A stretch of 64,000 bases of DNA from Alphaproteobacteria bacterium (GTDB taxonomy: Bacteria; Pseudomonadota; Alphaproteobacteria; MPNO01; UBA830): the NCBI GenBank assembly GCA_964291215.2, contig OZ219791.1, positions 2,560,001-2,624,000 of the forward strand, given 5' to 3'. The stretch's first letter is position 1, and every line of letters begins with the position of its first letter. The notes beneath the pieces are model-generated. The model saw only the letters and a program-made list of their open reading frames with translations, was not told the origin of the DNA and made no database searches. Position numbers and translations under genes: made by a program. Shown here piece by piece: positions 11,804-21,013 of this stretch.

Positions 11804-13008
11804 CAGACGATCCCCGCGTCGCGCAGCCGGGCCCGGTCCGCCGCGCTGCGGCCGAGCAGGGCCAGCACCTCGTCGGTATGCTCGCCGAGTTCGGGCGCCG
11901 GCGTGCGGATCGTCCCCGGCGTTTCGCTCAGCCGCGGGAACGGCGTGTGCAGCGGGATCGTGCCGTGATCGGCGTCGGGATAGTCCTCGGCGACGGCGCG
12001 ACCGCGGATATACTCGTGGTCGATCAGGTCCGTCGGATCGCAGATCGGCCCGACGGTGACGCCGGCGGCCCCGAAATGGTCGAGATTTTCCCGCAGCGTC
12101 CTCGCGCTGATGAAGCCGCCGACGATCCCGTCGAGTTCATCCATGTTGTCGACGCGGTCGCGCCCGGAGCGGAAGCGCGAATCCTCGATCAATTCCCGGC
12201 GCCCGATGGCGATGGCCACCTTCTGCCACATGGACTGCATCGAGGCCGACAGGGCGAGATATTTGCCGTCGGCGCACCGGTAGGCGTTGCGCGGCGCGGC
12301 GATCTTGCTTCGGTTGCCTTCGCGGATCGGAATCTTGCCGTTGGCCTTGTAATGCGCCAGCCAGGGGCCGATCACGCTGAACAGGGGCTCGAACAGGGAC
12401 ACGTCGACGACCTGTCCCCGAACCCGGCCGCTGTCGCGCGCAAAGAGGGCGACGACCGACGCGCCGAAGCCGGCGATGCCGGCGATCATGTCGGCGAGCG
12501 CCATCGGTGGCAGGAGGGGCGGCTTGTCCTCGAAGCCCGTCATGGCGGCAAAGCCGGTCAGCGCTTCAACCAGGGTGCCGAAGCCCGGCTTGTCGGCGTA
12601 GGGGCCGGTCTGTCCGTAGCCAGAGACACGGACGATCACGAGGCCGGGCTGCGTCTTCCAGAGTTCCTCGGGGCCGAGGCCCCATTTCTCCAGGGTTCCG
12701 GGCACGAAATTCTCGACCAGCATGTCCGACCGGGCGATCAGATCGTTGAGGAGGGCGGCGCCCTCCTCTTGCCGGAAATCGAGCGTGAAGCTCTTCTTGG
12801 AGCGGGCGTATTCCTTCCACCATACCCGCCCTTCGCCGAAGTCGCGCAGATCGTCCCCGGTGCCGGGGCGTTCGATCTTGATAACCTCCGCCCCGAAATC
12901 GGCGAGCATGCGCGTGACCATGTTTCCGGCCGCCAGCCGGGTCATGTCGACGACGCGGACGCCGGCCAGCGGGCCTTCCGATTCGGGCCAGTATTCGCCG
13001 TTCTGCAT
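11803..13008 (-). CDS. Class III (CaiB/BaiF) CoA transferase
   Basis: GPLAGVRVVD, LADFGAEVIKIERP, ENFVPG, GYGQTGPY, APELGEHT; GGAG RBS upstream of ATG 13008. Confidence 0.93.
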   Translation of the reverse strand: MQNGEYWPESEGPLAGVRVVDMTRLAAGNMVTRMLADFGAEVIKIERPGTGDDLRDFGEGRVWWKEYARSKKSFTLDFRQEEGAALLNDLIARSDMLVENFVPGTLEKWGLGPEELWKTQPGLVIVRVSGYGQTGPYADKPGFGTLVEALTGFAAMTGFEDKPPLLPPMALADMIAGIAGFGASVVALFARDSGRVRGQVVDVSLFEPLFSVIGPWLAHYKANGKIPIREGNRSKIAAPRNAYRCADGKYLALSASMQSMWQKVAIAIGRRELIEDSRFRSGRDRVDNMDELDGIVGGFISARTLRENLDHFGAAGVTVGPICDPTDLIDHEYIRGRAVAEDYPDADHGTIPLHTPFPRLSETPGTIRTPAPELGEHTDEVLALLGRSAADRARLRDAGIV

Positions 13009-13076
13009 TTGCAATGCTCCCGCGGGGCCCGGACCCGCGCCCGTGCGTTTCGTGCCTCCCGCCGAAAACCGGCGCG

Positions 13077-14366
13077 TCACATGAGCGTACCGGGCAGCCA
13101 GGTCGAAAGGAACGGCACATAGGCGACAAGCGCCAGAACGATGAGCTGAATCAGGAAAAACGGCAGGGATTCCCGGATCACCTCGGTCAGCGGCGCGCCG
13201 GACATGTTCGTGACCATGAACAGGATGATGCCTACGGGCGGCGTCAGCAGGGCGATGCCGAGGCACAGGACGAAGACGGGCGCGAAATGCAGCGGGTCGA
13301 TGCCGACCGCTTCGACGGCCGGGAACAGGACCGGCACGAAGATGAAGACCATGCCCAGCGTGTCCAGTCCGCAGCCGATGATGAGCAGGAACGCGATGAC
13401 CAGCAGCATTACCGTTTGGGGATCGGTCGAGATCGCGCCGATCAGGTCGACCAGCTGGTCCCCCATGCCGGTGTTGAGCACGACCCAGCTGAAAAAAGAC
13501 GCCGGTGCCAGCAGGATCAGCAGGTTTCCCGCGCCTTGGCTCGTCTCCACGAAAAACTCCCAAGTGCGCTTCAGGGTCAGTTCCCGGTAGGACAGCGAGA
13601 CCAGCAGGGCGTAGATGCAGGCAAGAACGCCGGTTTCCGTGACCGTCACGACGCCGAACAGGATCCCGCCGACCACGATCGCCGGCATGGCAAGCGCGGA
13701 GAGTCCTGAAACGGTGGCGTTGAGGATTTCCCGACCGGTCGACCGCCGCGGCGCCCGCGGATAATCCCGCGCGATGCTCAGCCACAGCGACAGTCCCATG
13801 AGGCCGATGCCCAGGAGCAGGCCGGGGAGGGCGCCGGCCAGGAACAGCGAGCCGATCGGCACTTCGGCCATGACGCCGATCACGATCATGGCGATGCTGG
13901 GCGGAATGATGTGACCGATCGTGGACGACGCGCCGGTCACCGCAGCCGCGTAGGCCGCGGAATAGCCCTCTTTCTTCATCGCCGGAATGAGGACGCTGCC
14001 GATGGCGGACGTATCCGCGACGCAGGATCCGGAAACACCGGCGAAAAACATGCTGCCGGTCACGTTCACCATGGAAAGGCTGCCCGGCACGCGGCCGATG
14101 AGGACGCGCGAGAAGTGGAGCAGCCGCGCAGTCAGCCCGCCGGACGTCATGATGGCGCCGGCCAGGAAAAACAGGGGAATGGCCATGAGGCCGTAATGCT
14201 CCAGCCCGACGACCATCTGCAGGGGCAGCATGACCAGCATGTCGAGTTGGCCGGTGACCGTCAGGTAGAAGGCCGCCGCCATGCCCATCGAGAAGGTCAC
14301 GGGTACGCCGATCAGCATCAGGAACAGGAGGGACGAGAACAGGATGAAGATATCCATCGGACTCAC
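13077..14366 (-). CDS. TRAP transporter large permease (DctM)
   Basis: AIPLFFLAG, SGSCVAD, IIPPSI, LTPPVG. Confidence 0.95.
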   Translation of the reverse strand: MSPMDIFILFSSLLFLMLIGVPVTFSMGMAAAFYLTVTGQLDMLVMLPLQMVVGLEHYGLMAIPLFFLAGAIMTSGGLTARLLHFSRVLIGRVPGSLSMVNVTGSMFFAGVSGSCVADTSAIGSVLIPAMKKEGYSAAYAAAVTGASSTIGHIIPPSIAMIVIGVMAEVPIGSLFLAGALPGLLLGIGLMGLSLWLSIARDYPRAPRRSTGREILNATVSGLSALAMPAIVVGGILFGVVTVTETGVLACIYALLVSLSYRELTLKRTWEFFVETSQGAGNLLILLAPASFFSWVVLNTGMGDQLVDLIGAISTDPQTVMLLVIAFLLIIGCGLDTLGMVFIFVPVLFPAVEAVGIDPLHFAPVFVLCLGIALLTPPVGIILFMVTNMSGAPLTEVIRESLPFFLIQLIVLALVAYVPFLSTWLPGTLM

Positions 14367-14887
14367 CCGTCCTGATCCGGGAAATAATACTGTCCGATCT
14401 GGCGAACGAAGACCCGGATGACTTGCAGAGTCATCACGCTACCGAGTACCGGGACCACCATGAACAAGTAGTCCCGGGTAAAGGGCAGGGTGTCGTAGAT
14501 GGCCGAGCCTTGCAGCTCGATGACCTCGAAACTCTTGTAGATGACGATCAGCAGAAACAGGGCGCACGCTAGGCTGATTCCCGGCATGAGAAGCCGCTGG
14601 ATGTCGTGCGGCAAGTATCTTTCCGCCAGTTCCACGCGGACCTGGGTCTGGTTCCGGATGCCGGCGGCGCCACCGAACCAGATCGCCCAGATGAACAGGA
14701 ACATCGAAAGAGGCGTCGCCCAGACCAGGGGCGCGGCAAGGATGTAGCGAAAGAAGATCTGCAGGCAGAGAACGACGATCATGCCCAGAAATGCCACGAC
14801 GCCGAGATAATCGAACGCCCGGTCGAAGGCATGGACTAAGCGCCGCGCACGATCGCTCGCGTCCAGAATCGTGGCCCGGTCTGTCAT
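14363..14887 (-). CDS. TRAP transporter small permease (DctQ)
   Basis: 4 TM segments, QIFFRY motif, position between dctP and dctM. Confidence 0.88.
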   Translation of the reverse strand: MTDRATILDASDRARRLVHAFDRAFDYLGVVAFLGMIVVLCLQIFFRYILAAPLVWATPLSMFLFIWAIWFGGAAGIRNQTQVRVELAERYLPHDIQRLLMPGISLACALFLLIVIYKSFEVIELQGSAIYDTLPFTRDYLFMVVPVLGSVMTLQVIRVFVRQIGQYYFPDQDG

Positions 14888-14930
14888 GGCATCCCTCCCG
14901 GTACGCGGGAACCGGGAGGTCTGGGCGGCC

Positions 14931-15932
14931 CTACTGCCGGTATTCGGCGAGCTGCTTCTGGACCCGGTCCATGAAGCCCTTGTCCCACTTGCTGCCGTCC
15001 AGGGACTTCCAGACCGTCCTGGCGACATCGATAAACGGCATTTTGTCGACGTCCAGAACCGTCATGCCCTTTTCCTTGACGCCCTTGAAGGCGGCATCCA
15101 TGGATTTCTTCAGTTCGGCATCGCTGTAGGCGGCGGCGGCTTTCAGGCCTTCGCTGACCGCCTTCTTCAGGCTGTCCGGCCATTTCTGTGCCTTCTTCTC
15201 GCCGATGAAGAGCATCCAGGCGCCGAGCGCATGGTCCGTCTTCGAGAAGTACTTCTGAACCGAGTACAGCCCGCGCGGATAGACGACCTCGATACCGTTA
15301 TCCTGACCTTCCACCAGCCCGGTCCTGGCGGCGGTGAAGAACTCCGAGAACGGCATCGGAGTCGGGACCGCGCCCAGCGCCTTGAAGAAGGCGACGAATG
15401 GCGGCGAGCCGGGAACCCGCATTTTCAGGCCCTTCATGTCCGCCGGGCTCCGCACGGGTGTGTTGGCCGTGGTGATCGCCCGCGGCGACCGGGCACCCAT
15501 ATAGCCGACCAGCTTGACGCCGCCAGCTGCAAACTGCCCGACCATTTCCGCGAACAGGGGGCTATCCAGAAATTTGATGAATTCCGCCTGGCTCTGGAAG
15601 CAATAGGGCGCGGAAATCGCGCCGAAGTTCCGGCCTTCCTTGAAATAGGTCGGCTGGGCGTTCGTGCCCTGGTACAGGTCCAGGGTACCCAGCTTGAGCA
15701 TCTGCATCATCTCCTTGCCGCTGCCGAGCTGCTGGCTGGGAAAGAGCTTGATGGTGTATTCGCCGCCGGTCTTCGTCTTGACGTGTTCGGCCAGCTTTTC
15801 GGCGGCCTTGTAGGCCAGCGACTTGTTGGAAACCAGAAGCCCCATGCGCAATGTCTTGGCGTCCGCTTCCAGCGGAACGAAGGCCGCGACGGCAAAGGCG
15901 GCGGCCACGGCGACGGGCAGCATTTTCTTCAT
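14931..15932 (-). CDS. TRAP substrate-binding protein (DctP)
   Basis: Signal peptide; FPSQQLG, DMKGLKMRVP, GLVEGQDN. Confidence 0.93.
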   Translation of the reverse strand: MKKMLPVAVAAAFAVAAFVPLEADAKTLRMGLLVSNKSLAYKAAEKLAEHVKTKTGGEYTIKLFPSQQLGSGKEMMQMLKLGTLDLYQGTNAQPTYFKEGRNFGAISAPYCFQSQAEFIKFLDSPLFAEMVGQFAAGGVKLVGYMGARSPRAITTANTPVRSPADMKGLKMRVPGSPPFVAFFKALGAVPTPMPFSEFFTAARTGLVEGQDNGIEVVYPRGLYSVQKYFSKTDHALGAWMLFIGEKKAQKWPDSLKKAVSEGLKAAAAYSDAELKKSMDAAFKGVKEKGMTVLDVDKMPFIDVARTVWKSLDGSKWDKGFMDRVQKQLAEYRQ

Positions 15933-16184
15933 GCCCTTCCTCCGTTTCGGTTTGAGATCGGGCGCTGGAAATCGCACCCTCAAAGCAAGCTGGCGGCAAC
16001 CGTATTTGGCCGAACGGGGGATGTCAAACCGGCTCCCGCTGCCAGCCGACCGGAGAGTCGCAAAGATAATGACCGAATCCGCGCGAGTGCTTCTTCCAGC
16101 GCTTCCGGCAGCTCGGTATCGAAGCCGGGACCGTGCCCTATCCGGCGCACCGGATCGTCGAAGAGTGCAAAGCGCATCGCGGTG

Positions 16185-16912
16185 GTGTGCTACGAAGACA
16201 ACAGGAGGTGAAGGTGTAGCCAACTGGAAGTCATGCTGTGCAAGAGATGAGGGTGGGCCCCTTGGAGCCCGCCGTATAGGCGGAGGCTTCAAACCGCCCA
16301 CGGCTGCTGTGCTCAAGAGACACGGTGGTGAGCGCGCTGGGAAAAGGCCGGCCATCAGAGTCGGTCAGGTGAGCAAGTCAGAGCTGAACGCGAGTGAACC
16401 ACTGATAATGCGTCGTCAGGCGTAAGTGGCGTCAAAAGCGGGGAAAGTACCTCGTCCTCGGGACGAGTTCGGGAGGAGCCCGTTTATGGCCCGGACGGCG
16501 CCCGGCATTCAGGTGGCAGGACTTTCTTGCAGGCTCTTGCATGGAACGTGGGAACCTGTCGTTTCGATGCAAAGGGAGACCCGCAACCGGAGGCTCCGGG
16601 AGCGGCAGAGTACCGATGCGGGGCACAAGGACGGAGCGATCCGTAATAGTGACGAAGGATCTGTAATGGGTCTGGAGCGAAGGGGAGGCCTGCCTGACGC
16701 AAGCGTTTGGTCACGCAGTGAGGCATAATGGAGCTGAGCGAATGCGGGCGAGATTCGGGACAGTGCGTAGTTGCCACCGTCATCCCCGTCACCGTCACCC
16801 ATTGACCGAACGCTTACTGCCTGACTTGGAGAACCGGAACAACTGGCAACAGGAGGAACCCGATGACACAGGAAAAGCCGTCAGGCCTGGGCAGGAAGAG
16901 CCGTATGACGGG
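16185..16912 (+). ncRNA. Group II intron 5' remnant (class D, RmInt1-like): DI-DIII and start of the IEP, 3' part lost
   Basis: Starts GTGTGCT; RmInt1-like motifs gatgcaaagggaga, gagtaccgatgc and gaaggatctgtaatgggtctggagcgaagggg; aactggcaacaggag then MTQEKP. Confidence 0.75.
16699..16817. mobile_element. 119-bp IS66-type MITE inserted in the intron
   Basis: TIR g(c/t)aagcgtt(t/c)ggtca; 8-bp TSD tgcctgac (16691-16698, 16818-16825). Confidence 0.8.
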
Positions 16913-17093
16913 CAGGACTTTCCCACGCTGCATTCGATCTTGTCGACTGCTGATGGAGGGAGGTTGCACAGCCTGCCGGGTTTTCTGGCCGCGGGGCCGG
17001 GTCGCCGCAGCCGGAAAACCTGGCAAGAATGCGGAAATTTGTGCCCCGTTCAGCGGTCATTCAATACATCAACCACAGCGTGGGAAAGTCCTG
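16913..17093. mobile_element. MITE family A, copy 2
   Basis: Perfect 18-bp TIR caggactttcccacgctg. Confidence 0.88.
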
Positions 17094-17117
17094 GTTCCGA
17101 CCCACGGCGATCCCATG

Positions 17118-17261
17118 CTGATTCCGAGACTCGAAATCCAAATGTGTTGGGGCTCGCGTAATCACATATCGCCCCTTGATCGCAATTTTTCGCGCCGAGA
17201 AAGTCTCATTGAGCCTTGGCGGCACGATTGCAGCGCGACGCAGACCGAAAAATCTCGCCGG
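17118..17261 (-). repeat. ~145-bp dispersed repeat (probable IS end), inverted copy at 37871-38014
   Basis: Reverse complement aligns with 37871-38014, with substitutions. Confidence 0.65.
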
Positions 17262-17316
17262 TCGCCGCTGGATTAGCAGCGTGGGATCGTCGTGGGTTCC
17301 GACCGGTCCCGTATAT

Positions 17317-19496
17317 CTTTCAACTTATCACTGTAGACTCGAAGCAACTGATGCCGTATATACGGTTCCATGAGAATTGGCCTGCGACATTATGGCGGCG
17401 AGACGGTTGACTGGCTGAAGGCACGGCTTGGCGCCGGGGATTGCACGCGGACCTTCCTGGCACGTGAGCTCTGCGAGCGTGAGGACTGGCGGAACGCGAA
17501 GGGAGAACTATGCCTCGCCTCGGCCCGGGCCGCGCTTCCAAAGTTCTCCGCCGCACTCGGTCTGCCTCTGCCGGAGGCTCGTCCGATGGGAGGGGTAACC
17601 CCGGAGTCCCTGGCCCCGTCGCCGGATTATCCCGACAAGCACCTGTCGTGCCATCTCGGCGATCTTGGCGAGGTGGTTCCGGTTGCCGACGAGGACAAGT
17701 CGCTGGCGCGGTCGATGATGGCATCGCACCATCCCGAGGGCGATGCGGCCTGTCCCGGCGGGCGCATCCGCTACTGGATTCTCTCGTCCCTGCACGGCGT
17801 CCTCGGCGGCCTGGCGCTGCGTCCTGGCATCACAAAGCGCGGGACCTTCACATCGGCTGGCGGCGCGGGACGCTAACATCGGGCGGGTTGTCAACAATGA
17901 CAGGTTTCTTCTGCTTCCCGGCGTCCGTGGCGCTGTCGCTGTTCCATGATCGCGTGACTGGGAGGAGCGCTACGGTGTTCGCCTGGCGTACAGCTACGTG
18001 GGTGCGGAGCATACGGGCCAGAGCTACCGTGCGGCGGTGTGCTGCCGGACAAGAGGCCTCGGTTGCGGGTGTACATGAAGCCGCTGTCGGCGGACTGGAG
18101 GGAGTCTCTCGGGCGGGCGCCGGGCCGGGTGATCGGTTCAGGTCCGCCTCTCGCGTCAAGGGAGGATGCGACATGGGCCGAGACGGAGTACGGACGGAGC
18201 GCGCACAGCGACGCACGCAAGCGCCTTGTCACGATGGGCGAGGCCTGGTGCGGTCGTCCGGGTGCACCGCTGCCGATAATCTTTCCCGGCGAGGCGGAGC
18301 AGCAGGCGGCTTACAGGTTCCTGTCGAACCCGAGGATCGGCATGCAAGACATCCTTGAGCCACATCAGGAGGCGATGGTCGAGCGTTGCCAGTCTGTCGT
18401 GCTTGCGGTTCAGGACACAACGATGCTGAACTACAGCGAGGCGACGCAGGGCCTTGTCGACATCGGCGGCGGCGGCTCTGGAAGCAAGGGGATCGCGGCT
18501 CATGTCGGCGTTGCGTTCAGCGAGGGCGGCTGCGCACTGGGGGTATTCAGCCTTGATGCCGGCTTCCGTGCGGAGGACAAGGCAACGGCGGTGGAGGGCG
18601 AGGAAAGCGGACGCTGGACGGACGCCTTCGCCAAGTCCGCCGAGCTGGCCTGTCCGCGAACTCGCCCGTCTGCGACCGTGAGGGCGACATGTGGTCTCTT
18701 CTGTCGGAAGCCTGCGCCTCCGCGCCCAGCGGCTTCTGGTCCGCGCCAGCCGTTCGAGCCGGCGGCGGGCCATCACGGCGGACGGCAAGGTCAGGGACCT
18801 GTTCGCGCACGCGGCCGAATTGGATGTCGTCGCGGAGAAGACGATCGATCTGTGGCGGCCCCCGGACGCGCAAGGGGCGCAAGAACATCAAGCTGGAGCT
18901 GCGGGCTGGTCTCGTCGACCTCGTCCCGCCCTGGGCACGGCCCCACTCACCATGCTCGCAGTGCGCGTCCTGGAGAAGATGCCGCCAACAGGCAGGGACC
19001 GGCTCGACTGGTTGCTCTTGACCACCGAAGGTGAGCCCACGCAGGAGAACGCGATCCGCATCGTCGCCTGGTACGAGAAACGCTGGTTGATCGAAGAGTG
19101 GTTCGCGGCCGTCAAGACCGGAACGCGGATCAAAGACCGCAGGCTCAACGCCGCCGACGACCTGAGGAAGTGCCTCGCCTGCCATTACTGCATGCACCGT
19201 CATGTCCGTCGAGCGCCTCGCGCGGAGCGCATGCCGGCGCGCACGATCGTCCACGAGGACGAGATCCATGTCCTCGCCGTCCACATACCGAACCACCGCA
19301 GGCAACGCGGCCCCCGGATCAGGCGATCGCGGAGTTCGCCGTCAACACCGCGCGCCTCGCCGGATTCATCCCGTCGAAGCGCCAGCCCATGCCGGGCACC
19401 CACAAACTCTGGGAAGGATACCTGATCTTGTTCACTGAAAACTACCGGGCTATGCGCGACTACGCCAACATCGAGTCGACAGTGTACCATTGAAAG
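17317..19496 (+). mobile_element. IS4-family element with DUF4338-like + Tn5-like transposase pseudogene
   Basis: TIR ctttcaa.....cactgt.gactcga; 9-bp TSD cccgtatat (17308-17316, 19497-19505); AAYRFLSN, VLAVQDTT, YEKRWLIEEW..K motifs in several frames. Confidence 0.88.
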
Positions 19497-19522
19497 CCCG
19501 TATATGCCCGCCGCTCGCGGCG

Positions 19523-19531
19523 TGGTAGAAT
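19523..19531 (+). promoter_or_regulatory. Possible extended -10 element for the amidohydrolase/hmf operon
   Basis: TGgTAGAAT about 30 nt before the ATG, which has a GGAGG RBS; motif match only. Confidence 0.25.
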
Positions 19532-19561
19532 GCGGACACAACCATCGTGGAGGTATTGGCG

Positions 19562-20800
19562 ATGAGCGACAGGACCGACGGAATCAGGGAGCTTGAGATC
19601 AAGGAATTCGACCGGGCCACCTCGACCGCTAGCGTACTGGCCCGCGCCGAGCGCCAGAAGCGGGAGCGCGGCCTTGATGACGTGCTCGTCATCGATGTGG
19701 ATGCTCACCACTTCGAGAACACCTCGTGGGCCCGCGTGATCGAGTATATCGAGGATCCCGTGATGCGCCATCTGGCGCAGTCCTTCGAGCGCTCCGACGG
19801 CACCAATCCCGGCGGCCTTCTCAATGCCCAGCCGGGTCTTAATTTTCAGAACATTGCCGGAAGAATCCAGCACTCTGGAGGCTTCCGTTACGAAGAGGTC
19901 GACGACAAGACAGTTCATCCCGATATCGTGATGGCGCGGCGCTCTATGGATGCGCTCGGGATCGACTACCAGGTCATGTTCCCGACACCGATGCTTCAGC
20001 TCGGCCTCCATCCCAATCCGCAGATGGAGGTGGAACTCGCGTTCGCTTACAACCGCTGGCTCACCGAGGAAATCCTGACCGGCGACAACAGGGTGACGAC
20101 GATGATCTATCTGCCGTTCTGCGACGCAGATGCATCGCTGAAAACGGTCGAGGAGTTTGCGGACAAGCCCGGCGTTGTCGGCTTCAACATCACCTCGGTC
20201 CGGCACAAGCCGATCCACCACAACCAGTACATGAAGATCTATGCAGCGATCCAGGAGAGCGGGCTGCCGCTCGGCTTCCACGCCGGTCCGACTTGGCACG
20301 ACGAGTGGACGAGCCAGATCGACCGCTTCATCGGCGTGCATGCAATATCGTTCGTCCTCTGCAACATGGTGCATCTGACCAACTGGGTACTGGAGGGCCT
20401 TTGCGAGCGTTTTCCGAACCTGCCGGTGATCTGGATCGAGAGCGGGATCGCGTGGGTGCCGTTCATGATGCAGCGGCTCGACAGCGAGTACTTTATGCGC
20501 TCGTCGGAAGCGCCGCTTCTCAAGCGCCCGCCGAGCGATTACATCCGCGAGATGTATTTCACTTGCCAGCCGATGGAAACCCACGACCAGCGGCTGCTGC
20601 AGGCGACCTTCGAGGCGATCAAAGCGGAGACGCAGCTTCTCTACGCTTCCGACTGGCCGCACTGGGATTTCGATTCGCCGAGCGTGATCTGGGATCTTCC
20701 CTTCCTCGACGATCGGGCCAAGCGGAACATTCTGGGCGGCAATGCCAATCGGCTGTTCGGGCTCGCGCCCGAGGCCGACATCCGCATCGCCGCCGAGTAA
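19562..20800 (+). CDS. Amidohydrolase-2 family protein (possible non-oxidative decarboxylase/hydratase)
   Basis: IDVDAHH, AYNRWL, GFH, WIESG, YASDWPHWD, ILGGNA..LF. Confidence 0.88.
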   Translation: MSDRTDGIRELEIKEFDRATSTASVLARAERQKRERGLDDVLVIDVDAHHFENTSWARVIEYIEDPVMRHLAQSFERSDGTNPGGLLNAQPGLNFQNIAGRIQHSGGFRYEEVDDKTVHPDIVMARRSMDALGIDYQVMFPTPMLQLGLHPNPQMEVELAFAYNRWLTEEILTGDNRVTTMIYLPFCDADASLKTVEEFADKPGVVGFNITSVRHKPIHHNQYMKIYAAIQESGLPLGFHAGPTWHDEWTSQIDRFIGVHAISFVLCNMVHLTNWVLEGLCERFPNLPVIWIESGIAWVPFMMQRLDSEYFMRSSEAPLLKRPPSDYIREMYFTCQPMETHDQRLLQATFEAIKAETQLLYASDWPHWDFDSPSVIWDLPFLDDRAKRNILGGNANRLFGLAPEADIRIAAE

Positions 20801-21013
20801 CCCGCGCGCCGCCGATTCCGGCCCGCTTTCCGTGCGCGGCGCGGACGGTGCGGAACGCAGCGGACGAGCCCGGAGCCGGGCCCGTTCGCCTGCTCCGCCG
20901 CGCGGTTTCCGGATGACCGGGCGGGCACACTGGCAAATACCTGAAACCCATGGCACTGACGACAGACATGGCCGGCCAGCGGCCGCTGGTCTCCCGGCCC
21001 CTCTCCTGATGCG

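Noticed and set aside
13009-13785. Apparent 260-aa N-terminal extension of the CoA transferase; similar extensions on dctP, ODH2, hydantoinase B, RidA and ileS
   Set aside because: They overlap neighbouring genes or IS DNA; downstream ATGs coincide with the family N-termini.
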